Assembly: GCA_029260255.1 (NCBI GenBank)
Contig: JAJDDR010000111.1
Span: forward strand, 1-43,290
Direction: 5' to 3'
Source: Phycisphaerae bacterium
GTDB taxonomy: Bacteria > Planctomycetota > Phycisphaerae > UBA1845
DNA length: 43,290 nt
Part shown: positions 1 to 8,543 of the stretch, piece by piece
How the letters are laid out: every line of letters starts with the position of its first letter
Numbering within the stretch: position 1 is the stretch's first letter
Notes under the pieces: model-generated
What the model saw: only the letters and a program-made list of their open reading frames with translations
Database searches by the model: none
Told to the model about the DNA's origin: nothing
Made by a program: the position numbers and the translations under genes

Positions 1-64
1 CCGCGACTGTCGTCTGGCCTAGGAGAGGTTGCATAAGGAAATCTCGAACGTGGAAAGCGAGTGA
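1..64 (+). CDS. 3' fragment of a probable ECF sigma factor (TIGR02999-like), with an in-frame TAG at 20-22; partial at window edge
   Basis: Frame 2 reads RDCRLA*ERLHKEISNVESE*, resembling the RDWRLA(K/R)AWLHxEL C-terminus of kinase-associated ECF sigmas. Its TGA (62-64) overlaps the kinase GTG start (GTGA). Confidence 0.45.
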
Positions 65-2949
65 CGGACCGGCGCCACGAAGAGATCGGGGAGTTGTTCC
101 ATGCGGCATTGGAGCGTCCGCCGCGCGAGCGCTCAGGGTTCCTGAGCGAAGCGTGCTCGGATGACGGCATGCGTCGCGAAGTGGAGGCGTTGCTGGCGGC
201 GGACGAATCGGCGAGTTCGTTCATCGAGGATTCGGCGTCGAAGACGGCGGAAGATCTTCTCAAAGACTACAAGTCCGACCTCTTCAGCGGGCGCGTGATC
301 GGTCAGTATCGCATCAAGAGAAAGATCTCGCACGGCGGCATGGGTGCGGTCTACCTCGCGGGTCTCGCCAGCGGTGCGACCGAGGAGCGCGTGGCGATCA
401 AGCTGATCAAGCCGGGGATGGGCACGGAAGAGGTCGTTCGCCGTTTCCGGGCGGAACGTCAGACGCTCGCGGATCTCGATCACCCCAACATCGCCAAGCT
501 GGTGGACGGAGGCGCCACGGACGAGGGACTCCCCTATCTGGTTATGGAGTATGTCGAGGGTCGTCCGATCGACAGCTACTGCGACGAGATGGGCCTGGGC
601 GTCACAGAGCGGATGGAGCTATTCCGTAGCGTTTGCGCTGCCGTCAACTACGCGCACCAGAATCTGATCGTGCATCGCGATCTGAAACCTAGCAATATCC
701 TGGTGACCGGCGACGGCACGCCCAAGCTGCTGGACTTCGGCATCGCCAAACTGCTCAACCCCGGGAATCGGATGCTCACCACGGAACTGACACGGACCGC
801 GATGCGCCTGATGACGCCGGAGTACGCGAGTCCGGAGCAGGTTCGCGGCGAGCCCATCACGACGGCGTCGGACGTTTACTCTCTCGGCGTGGTGCTTTAC
901 GAATTGCTCACCGGGCAGCGTCCATACCGGTTCGCCAGTCGTCTCCAACGCGAGATCGAGCACGTCGTGTGTGAGACGATGCCGGAAAAGCCGAGCCTGG
1001 CCGTCGGGCGAACCACGGAATTGCGGGATACCACCGGCGAGTCGCAGAGACACATTACTCCGGACACCGTTCGGCGGACGCGCGGATTGTCGCCCGAGAA
1101 GCTCTCCCGCTATCTCGCCGGCGACGTCGACACCATCGTCCTGATGGCCCTTCGCAAGGAGCCTCAACGTCGATACACGTCGGTCGAGCAGTTCTCGGAT
1201 GATCTGCGGCGTTACCTCACCGGCATGCCCGTGATTGCCCAGAAGGACACGTTCGGCTATCGCGCCGGGAAGTTCGCACGGCGGCACAAGCGGGGGATGG
1301 CGGTCACCTGCCTCGTCGTCGCCTGCCTCATCGGTACCGCGGCGGTCACCACCTGGCAGGCCGTGCTGCTTCGCAAGTCCGAGGCACAGGCCCAGAATCT
1401 CGCTTCCTCGGAAGCGGCCGCGCGCGAATTGGCCGAACACAACGGAGCGCGCGCCGAGCAAATCAACCAGTTCCTTCAAGAGATGCTCGCTTCGGTCGAA
1501 CCGGGGCAGCAGGGGTCGGATGTTACCGTTCGGGAGGTCTTGGACGCCGCTGCGCAGAAGCTGAACGTCGGCGACGATCAGGATGCCGAAGTGGCCGCCG
1601 CCTTGCGCGGCACCATCGGCGAGGCCTACCAAACGCTGGGTTTGTTTGCCGAGGCGATCGAACACTTGACGACCGCGCTGCAACTCCGCATCGACACGAC
1701 GGGCGCTCGATCCGCTGAGACCGCACGCAGTCACGACGCGCTCGCGTTTGCGTTCAACAACATGGGAAGCTACGAGGACGCGGAGGAGCACTATCTCGAT
1801 GCGCTATCGATTCTGCGCGAACTCCATGGTGAGGAGCACGAGGAAGTCGCCCTCGTGCTGTGTAGCCTTGGGACGGTCATCGCGAACGCCGGTGACTACG
1901 CCGAGGGGGAGCGGCTGACTCGCGATGGCGTGAACATGCTGCAGGCTGCGCTGGACGCCAGCCACCCGTCCGTCGCCAAGGGGCTCCACATGCTCGCGAC
2001 CCAGCTGGCCACCAACGGCGATTACCGCGAAGCCGAGCCGCTGTTTCGTGAGGCGCTGAAGATCCGTCGCGGGCACTTCGGTGACCAGCACATCCTCGTC
2101 GCGGCTACGCTAAGCCGCCTCGGCTGGCTGTTGGTTGAGCGGCGCGATTTCGAGGCGGCAGAGCCGATTCTGATTGAGGCCGTCGCCCTGAGAAAGAAGC
2201 TCTACGGCAACGATCACTACAAGGTCGCGCAGGTCCTCAACTACCTGGGACTCCTCTGTCATCACACTGGACGCCTCACCGAGGCCGAAGCGCACTACCG
2301 GGAGGCGCTGGCCATCAACCGTGAGGTTCGGGGTGACGAGGACTACGAGGTCGCCAAGCTCCTCAACAACATCGCCGGGATCGCGTTCGATCGGGAGGAC
2401 TACGCGGCGGCCGAACCGTACTACCGCGAGGCGACGGACGTGTTCGAGAAGGTCTCGGGTCGGGAGCACCCCGTGATGGTGCATATCCGCTACAACCTCG
2501 CGCGGTGTCTCCACGAGATGGGCGATTACCAGGCAGCCGAGCCGATCTGCCGGGAGGCGCTCGAATTGGCAAGCGAGAAGCTACCCGCGACCCACCCTGC
2601 GCGGGCCAAGGTGCTCACCAGGCTGGGAATGATCCTGATCGACACCGGTCGGTCGGCGGAGGCCGAGGGTCTGTTGCGCGAAGGGCTTCGGATTCGGATC
2701 GACAGCTTCGCGGAAAACGACGCGCTGATCGGGCTGTCTCGCAGCGTGCTGGGGGAATGCCTGACCGCGCTTGGCAATTACGACGAGGCTGAGGGTCTCC
2801 TGCTGTCCGGGTACGAGATCATCGCTGAGCAACACGGAGCCGACCACAAACACACGCGCGACGCGATCCATCGCATCGTCAACCACTACGAGGCTCGGGA
2901 CAAGTCCGACGCCGCCGCGTCCTGGCGAGCGTCGCTCTCCGGCGACTAA
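61..2949 (+). CDS. Hanks-type Ser/Thr protein kinase with one TM helix and C-terminal TPR repeats
   Basis: HGGMGAVY, VAIK, HRDLKPSN, DFG and TPEYASPEQ motifs; hydrophobic GMAVTCLVVACLIGTAAVTTW; ~42-aa TPR-like repeats (EAEPLFREALKIRR, EAEAHYREALAINR). Confidence 0.95.
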   Translation: MTDRRHEEIGELFHAALERPPRERSGFLSEACSDDGMRREVEALLAADESASSFIEDSASKTAEDLLKDYKSDLFSGRVIGQYRIKRKISHGGMGAVYLAGLASGATEERVAIKLIKPGMGTEEVVRRFRAERQTLADLDHPNIAKLVDGGATDEGLPYLVMEYVEGRPIDSYCDEMGLGVTERMELFRSVCAAVNYAHQNLIVHRDLKPSNILVTGDGTPKLLDFGIAKLLNPGNRMLTTELTRTAMRLMTPEYASPEQVRGEPITTASDVYSLGVVLYELLTGQRPYRFASRLQREIEHVVCETMPEKPSLAVGRTTELRDTTGESQRHITPDTVRRTRGLSPEKLSRYLAGDVDTIVLMALRKEPQRRYTSVEQFSDDLRRYLTGMPVIAQKDTFGYRAGKFARRHKRGMAVTCLVVACLIGTAAVTTWQAVLLRKSEAQAQNLASSEAAARELAEHNGARAEQINQFLQEMLASVEPGQQGSDVTVREVLDAAAQKLNVGDDQDAEVAAALRGTIGEAYQTLGLFAEAIEHLTTALQLRIDTTGARSAETARSHDALAFAFNNMGSYEDAEEHYLDALSILRELHGEEHEEVALVLCSLGTVIANAGDYAEGERLTRDGVNMLQAALDASHPSVAKGLHMLATQLATNGDYREAEPLFREALKIRRGHFGDQHILVAATLSRLGWLLVERRDFEAAEPILIEAVALRKKLYGNDHYKVAQVLNYLGLLCHHTGRLTEAEAHYREALAINREVRGDEDYEVAKLLNNIAGIAFDREDYAAAEPYYREATDVFEKVSGREHPVMVHIRYNLARCLHEMGDYQAAEPICREALELASEKLPATHPARAKVLTRLGMILIDTGRSAEAEGLLREGLRIRIDSFAENDALIGLSRSVLGECLTALGNYDEAEGLLLSGYEIIAEQHGADHKHTRDAIHRIVNHYEARDKSDAAASWRASLSGD

Positions 2950-3015
2950 ACTCACAACCCACCATGAACAACGCTCGGCCTTTCCCACGTGACCGCGGTG
3001 GCGGACCGCACATGT

Positions 3016-3024
3016 TGTGGATAA
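3016..3024 (-). promoter_or_regulatory. Perfect DnaA-box 9-mer (TTATCCACA) upstream of purL
   Basis: + strand TGTGGATAA in the kinase-purL intergenic region; a single site, function unproven. Confidence 0.3.
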
Positions 3025-3099
3025 GCTCTGCGCGTCACCTACATCGGGCGCGGTGTCGTGGTTGGACTTGAATCGGTTGGCAAGAGCCGAGGTGTGCCG

Positions 3100-6054
3100 G
3101 TGTCGGAGAAATCGGGCGTGAGCATCTGGGGAGTCGCACTTCGCGCGAAATCGGCGGAGTTGGACGTTCGTGGGCTGGGTGCCCTGGCGGACATCCGGCG
3201 GCGGGGTCTGTCGCATGTCGAGTCCGTGCGCTCTGCCAAGCTCTACTTGTTTCGTGGTCGTTTGGATGAAGCACTGGTGGCGCGATTGGCGGCGGAACTG
3301 CTCGTCGACCCCGTGGTCGAGGATCTTCGCGTGTTTGCCGGGATGGGTGGGAGCGGCGCGTTTGATGTGCCGGCGACGGACGGCGGCACGGGGGGAGAAT
3401 CGTGGGTCGAGGTGCACTACCAGCCGGGTGTGATGGACCCGGTCGCCGACACGACCCTTCGGACGGCCACGCGGATCATGCAACGATGGGGCGTCGCGGA
3501 CGAAGGCTGCGTGGAGGCGGTGCGGACGGCGTGGCGGTTTGCGATTCGCGGGGTGCGCGATCGTGGCGAGTTGGAGTGGATCGCGTCGCACGTGCTGGGT
3601 AACGATTGCATCCAGACGGCGTACGTTGAGGGGTACGATCGGTTCGATGCGCGACCGGCCGATTTCGCGCAAGCACCGCGGTCTCCATTCGTGAAGCGAA
3701 CGATTGATCTGCTGGGGCTCGACGATAGTGGGCTCGCGAAACTCTCGCGCGAAGGGCACTTGTTCCTTTCTTCTGCGGAGATGAAGGCGATTCAGACCTA
3801 CTACGCGGCGTTGAATCGCGAGCCGACGGACATCGAACTCGAGACGCTCGCGCAGACCTGGTCCGAGCATTGCGTACACAAGACGCTCAAGAGTGAGGTC
3901 ATTTACCGCGGAGCGGACTTCGGGCGCGACGGCGAGGTCGAGGTTCATTTCGACAACCTCCTGAAGTCAACGATCGTGGCCGCGACGGTGGAGCTCAACC
4001 GAGACTGGTGCCTCTCGGTGTTTGAGGACAACGCCGGGGTCATCGCGTTCGATGACGAATTCGGCGTGGCCTTCAAGGTCGAGACCCACAATCACCCGTC
4101 GGCCATCGAGCCGTACGGCGGCGCGGCGACGGGCGCCGGCGGCTGCATCCGCGACATCCTCGGGTGCGGGCTGGGCGCCAAGCCGATCGCGTCTACGGAC
4201 GTGTTCTGTCTCGCTCCGCCCGATTGGCCCGAGGAACAACTTCCGCGGGGCGTGCTGCACCCGCGGCGCGTGCTGACCGGTGTGGTCAGCGGCGTGCGTG
4301 ACTACGGAAACCGAATGGGGATTCCCACGGTCAACGGCGCGATCTACTTCGAGCCGCGCTACCTGACCAACCCGCTGGTCTTCTGCGGATGTGTCGGGCT
4401 TCTGCCCCGCGATCGGATCGCGAAGGCCGCGCGGGCCGGGGACCGAATCGTCGTGGCAGGCGGGCGGACCGGCCGCGACGGCATTCACGGGGCAACGTTT
4501 TCGTCGAGCGAACTGACGGACACGCACGTCGACGAGTTTTCGCACGCGGTGCAGATCGGCAACCCCATCGAAGAGAAGAAGGTCATGGATGCGATCCTGG
4601 TGGCGCGGGATCACGAAGACGGGTGTCTGTACAGTTCGATCACCGACTGCGGCGCGGGCGGTTTGAGCAGCGCCGTCGGAGAGATGGGCGAGACGCTCGG
4701 TGCCGTTGTCGATTTGGAGAAAGTACCGCTCAAGTATGCCGGGCTCCGGTATGACGAGATTTGGATTTCCGAAGCGCAGGAACGGATGGTCATGTCCGTC
4801 GGTGAGGATCGACTGGACGCGCTGCTGGAAGTGTTCGCAGCCGAAGAGGTCGAGGCGACGGTGATCGGAACGTTCACCGGCGACGGTCAACTCCGCCTGC
4901 GCTATGAAGGCGAGACCGTGGGCGAACTGGACATGGTGTTTCTGCACAACGGCTTGCCGAACGAGACGCGCGTCGCGGAGTGGACGGGGGAATCGCGGAT
5001 TGCCGATCGCGGATTGCGCATTGGAGAGTGCGACGATGCGTCCCTTGCGGACCGGGTGCTGGCTGCGTTGGGCGACTTGAACGTAGCCTCCAAGGAGTGG
5101 GTGATCCGGCAGTATGACCACGAGGTGCAAGCGGGCAGTGTGGTCAAGCCGCTGGTCGGGCTCGGGGCCGGACCGTCGGACGCGGCCGTCCTGCGACCTC
5201 GATTGGACAGCGACCGCGGGATCTCGTTGGCTTGCGGGCTCTGCCCGGAGCTGGCCGATCGGGATCCGTACGAGATGGCGATAGCGGCGGTCGATGAGGC
5301 GCTGCGCAACACGATTTGCGTCGGAGGCGATCCGCTGCGAACGGCGATTCTCGACAACTTTTGCTGGGGCGGTGTTGATTCACCGCGTGCGTTGGGCGCA
5401 CTTGTGAGGGCCTGCCGCGGGGCACAGGACGCCGCGGTAGCGTTCGGCTTGCCGTTCATTTCCGGGAAGGACTCACTCAACAACCAGTTCTCCCAGAGCG
5501 CGCAGGAAGCGGCTCGTCTGGGCATGCCCGAGCGCGTATCCATACCGGACACACTGTTAATCAGTGCCATCAGCGTGATTCCGGACGTGATGCGGTGCGT
5601 GACCATGGACTTGAAGCGGCCGGCGAGCCGTCTGGTGTGTGTCGGCGGGTTTGCCGAGCGGAGTCTCGGCGCGGCACGCGATATTCATCAACGTGTCGCC
5701 GGTTGGATTCACGACGGTTCGGTGCTGGCGGCGCACGACGTGAGCGACGGCGGATTGGCCGTCGCCGTTGCGGAGATGTGCATCGCGGGCAGAGTGGGGG
5801 CGACGATCGATGTGGCGCCTCTCGGCGCGTCGGTGGATACGGAAACGCTGTTGTTCGGCGAGTGGCGATGTTGCTACGTTCTGGAATGTGCCTCGGGCGG
5901 TGCGATCGGCGGTGACGCTGTCGCGGATATCGGACGCGTCGATGAGTCGCCGAGGCTCATCATTCGCCGTGGCGAAGCGATGCTTGCCGAGCTGACCGTC
6001 GAGGCGATGAGCGAGGCGTGGCGGCGGCCGCTGTCGGCCGTGGGTGGAGTGTGA
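3100..6054 (+). CDS. purL: Phosphoribosylformylglycinamidine synthase subunit PurL with N-terminal PurS-like domains
   Basis: QTWSEHCVHK, KVETHNHPSAIEPYGGAATG, TDCGAGGLS, ISEAQERM, QYDHEV, ISGKDSLNN and HDVSDGG motifs. Start placed at GTG 3100 after GAGGT (ORF track opens at 3058). Confidence 0.95.
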   Translation: MSEKSGVSIWGVALRAKSAELDVRGLGALADIRRRGLSHVESVRSAKLYLFRGRLDEALVARLAAELLVDPVVEDLRVFAGMGGSGAFDVPATDGGTGGESWVEVHYQPGVMDPVADTTLRTATRIMQRWGVADEGCVEAVRTAWRFAIRGVRDRGELEWIASHVLGNDCIQTAYVEGYDRFDARPADFAQAPRSPFVKRTIDLLGLDDSGLAKLSREGHLFLSSAEMKAIQTYYAALNREPTDIELETLAQTWSEHCVHKTLKSEVIYRGADFGRDGEVEVHFDNLLKSTIVAATVELNRDWCLSVFEDNAGVIAFDDEFGVAFKVETHNHPSAIEPYGGAATGAGGCIRDILGCGLGAKPIASTDVFCLAPPDWPEEQLPRGVLHPRRVLTGVVSGVRDYGNRMGIPTVNGAIYFEPRYLTNPLVFCGCVGLLPRDRIAKAARAGDRIVVAGGRTGRDGIHGATFSSSELTDTHVDEFSHAVQIGNPIEEKKVMDAILVARDHEDGCLYSSITDCGAGGLSSAVGEMGETLGAVVDLEKVPLKYAGLRYDEIWISEAQERMVMSVGEDRLDALLEVFAAEEVEATVIGTFTGDGQLRLRYEGETVGELDMVFLHNGLPNETRVAEWTGESRIADRGLRIGECDDASLADRVLAALGDLNVASKEWVIRQYDHEVQAGSVVKPLVGLGAGPSDAAVLRPRLDSDRGISLACGLCPELADRDPYEMAIAAVDEALRNTICVGGDPLRTAILDNFCWGGVDSPRALGALVRACRGAQDAAVAFGLPFISGKDSLNNQFSQSAQEAARLGMPERVSIPDTLLISAISVIPDVMRCVTMDLKRPASRLVCVGGFAERSLGAARDIHQRVAGWIHDGSVLAAHDVSDGGLAVAVAEMCIAGRVGATIDVAPLGASVDTETLLFGEWRCCYVLECASGGAIGGDAVADIGRVDESPRLIIRRGEAMLAELTVEAMSEAWRRPLSAVGGV

Positions 6055-6058
6055 CCGG

Positions 6059-6829
6059 ATGGCGCGTGTTCGCGTGTTGATCGTGAGGGGGCCGGGGACC
6101 AACTGCGAGTTGGAAACGGCGTACGTTTGGGAGCAGGTGGGGGCCCAGGTGCGCACGATGCACATCAACGCCGTGCGCGGCGATCCGGCGGTGCTCGCCG
6201 ATGCACAGGTCTTGACGCTCGCGGGCGGTTTCTGTTACGGAGACGATGTCTCCGCCGGCAAGATCATGGCGATGGAGATGAAACTCTATCTGTCCGACGC
6301 GCTTCGGGAATTCGTCGCCGCAGGGAAGCTGATTCTGGGGATATGCAACGGGTTTCAGGTTCTGGTGAAGACGGGCTTGCTGCCGGGCGACGCATTCGGC
6401 GACGGGCTCGCAACGCTCGCGTTCAATTCCTCGGGACGCTACGAGGACCGGTGGGTGCATCTCGCGCCGGAGAACGGGCGGTGTCGCTTTCTTGACGGCG
6501 ACGGGTTGCTGTATATGCCGGTAGCGCACGCGGAAGGGCGGGTCGTTGCAAAGGACGATGCGACGGTATCTCGGTTGCGGGAGGGTGGTTACGTCGCGTT
6601 CCGATACGTGGACGAGCGGGGCGAATCAGGCCTGTACCCGATCAATCCGAACGGGAGCGTGGGAGGCATCGCCGGTCTGACGGACGACACCGGACAGGTG
6701 CTCGGGCTCATGCCCCACCCGGAGCGGAACTCGCGTCTGACGCACCACCCGCATTGGACGCGGCTGCCGAGAGATCGCGAACCCGATGGTCTACGCCTGT
6801 TCAGGGCTGCCATGGCAAGTTTACGTTAG
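6059..6829 (+). CDS. purQ: Phosphoribosylformylglycinamidine synthase glutaminase subunit PurQ
   Basis: PGTNCE, GGFCYGD, GICNGFQ (catalytic Cys), AHAEG, NPNGS and MPHPER motifs; follows purL; GGAG before ATG 6059. Confidence 0.96.
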   Translation: MARVRVLIVRGPGTNCELETAYVWEQVGAQVRTMHINAVRGDPAVLADAQVLTLAGGFCYGDDVSAGKIMAMEMKLYLSDALREFVAAGKLILGICNGFQVLVKTGLLPGDAFGDGLATLAFNSSGRYEDRWVHLAPENGRCRFLDGDGLLYMPVAHAEGRVVAKDDATVSRLREGGYVAFRYVDERGESGLYPINPNGSVGGIAGLTDDTGQVLGLMPHPERNSRLTHHPHWTRLPRDREPDGLRLFRAAMASLR

Positions 6830-7677
6830 CGCGACGTGTACGCGGTCGGGTCGGATAGCCACTCGATGAGATCATTGAAGTACGCCTCCCGATCCGGGTC
6901 GAACTCCAGCGTGTGGCGTGAGTTGTTGTAGGTCGTGATGACGGTCTGTTCCCAATGAAGATCGCGCACGAAGGCGCGCGTCTTCTCGTTGTCGATGATG
7001 CGTTCGTCGGTGGCGAGCATGACGTGCAGTGGAACGGCGGCCGCCTCACCGAGCTTGAGGCTGACCTTGTCCATGCGCCGGGACGCCAGGAAGAACCCGG
7101 CGGTGGCCTGGTGAATCTGATGTTGGTCCTCGGCCAGGTAGCGAATCCACTCGGGAACGCTGGTGAACAACTCCGGGTCATTCAGCGGGATGTCGTACAG
7201 TCGGTGGGGAGCCGCCACCATCGACATGCCGATGCGAAACATCTCAGCCTTCGAGACACCGACGACCGGGAAAAGCCCCGGCGTGATGAGCGTCAGCGAT
7301 GCGGTCTGAGTCGGGTCGGTGTGGTGAATGGCGGGGACGAGTTTCCCTCCCCAACTGACCCCCAGCAGGTGGATTCTCTCGCTTTGCGCGCGCTTCGCCA
7401 GAAAATCGCGACAAACCAACCCGTCCTGGATGAGTTGCGTTGCGGATTCGGCGTGCCCGCGCTGCTCGGTGTTTCTTCCGCAACCGCGTCGATCGGGCTG
7501 CAGGACGGTGAAACCCGCCTGTGCCAGGCGTCGCGCAGAATCTTCATACCAGCCGCAATGCGATTGGATACCGTGGAAGAAGAGCACGGCGCCGCGCTGT
7601 GGGGAGGCCTCCCACAGGCGAGCGTAGGCGGCGTAGCCATCGGGAAGGCGGATCGTAAGCTCCTCAAACTCGCGCAT
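6826..7677 (-). CDS. Alpha/beta-fold hydrolase (lysophospholipase / serine aminopeptidase S33-like)
   Basis: HGIQSH, DRRGCG, nucleophile elbow GVSWGG and C-terminal His (HTLEFD). Start taken at MREFEEL. Confidence 0.85.
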   Translation of the reverse strand: MREFEELTIRLPDGYAAYARLWEASPQRGAVLFFHGIQSHCGWYEDSARRLAQAGFTVLQPDRRGCGRNTEQRGHAESATQLIQDGLVCRDFLAKRAQSERIHLLGVSWGGKLVPAIHHTDPTQTASLTLITPGLFPVVGVSKAEMFRIGMSMVAAPHRLYDIPLNDPELFTSVPEWIRYLAEDQHQIHQATAGFFLASRRMDKVSLKLGEAAAVPLHVMLATDERIIDNEKTRAFVRDLHWEQTVITTYNNSRHTLEFDPDREAYFNDLIEWLSDPTAYTSR

Positions 7678-7765
7678 GGGGCGGATGATACCGCCATCTT
7701 CGGTGGACGCCCATGCAAAAACGGGGTATCCGTATGAGGTGACGGCTTGAGGAGAAACGACCGGC

Positions 7766-8530
7766 ATGAATGACGGCGGCGGCGAGTTCGAAAGTCGAAA
7801 GAGGTCTGCCGTGTTGGGTGCGCTGGCTCAGCAGCTTGCGTCGGATCGCCTGCTTGGCGTACGGGAAGTGCCGTTCGTTTTGTCGGAAGCCGCCTTCCGC
7901 CCGGTTGGAGCCTTGTGCGTGGCAGACGTCGCGGACAAGTCCGGCGCGCTCGTGCGGCTGGACCGAGAACGCGTCCAAGGTTGTCGGGCGTGCTCGCTGT
8001 GTGAGACGCGGACGAATACGGTGTTCGGATCCGGCAGCTCGGCCGCGCGGCTGGTATTCGTGGGCGAAGCGCCGGGTTTTCATGAGGACAAGCAGGGCAA
8101 ACCATTCGTCGGTCGAGCCGGTGATCTGTTGACCAAGATGACCGATGCCATGGGGCTGCGTCGGGACGATGTCTACATCTGCAACGTTCTCAAGTGCCGC
8201 CCACCGAACAACCGCGACCCCGCCCCCGACGAGATCGTTGCGTGTAGCGCCTACCTGCTCGAACAGCTCTCGATCATTCAGCCGGAAGTGATCGTGGCGC
8301 TGGGCGCGCCGGCGGCCCGCACGCTGTTGAACACCAGTGATTCGATCGGTCGACTCCGTGGGCGCTTTCATGATTTTCATGTGTCGGGGAAGCCGACGAG
8401 CGGTTCGCCGACCCCGCTCATGCCGACCTATCACCCGGCGTATCTACTTCGCAACCCGGCAGAGAAACGCAAGGCCTGGGCCGACCTGCAGATCGTGATG
8501 AAGCTCCTCGGTTTGCCTACCGTCCGCTAG
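7766..8530 (+). CDS. Family-4 uracil-DNA glycosylase (4Fe-4S)
   Basis: CRACSLC, GEAPG, PFVGRAG, KCRPPNNRDP and TYHPAYLLR motifs. Confidence 0.93.
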   Translation: MNDGGGEFESRKRSAVLGALAQQLASDRLLGVREVPFVLSEAAFRPVGALCVADVADKSGALVRLDRERVQGCRACSLCETRTNTVFGSGSSAARLVFVGEAPGFHEDKQGKPFVGRAGDLLTKMTDAMGLRRDDVYICNVLKCRPPNNRDPAPDEIVACSAYLLEQLSIIQPEVIVALGAPAARTLLNTSDSIGRLRGRFHDFHVSGKPTSGSPTPLMPTYHPAYLLRNPAEKRKAWADLQIVMKLLGLPTVR

Positions 8531-8543
8531 AGAACAAGGCACG

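Noticed and set aside
2950-3099. Possible purine/ZTP riboswitch or oriC before purL
   Set aside because: No recognisable aptamer; only one perfect DnaA box and no AT-rich unwinding element.
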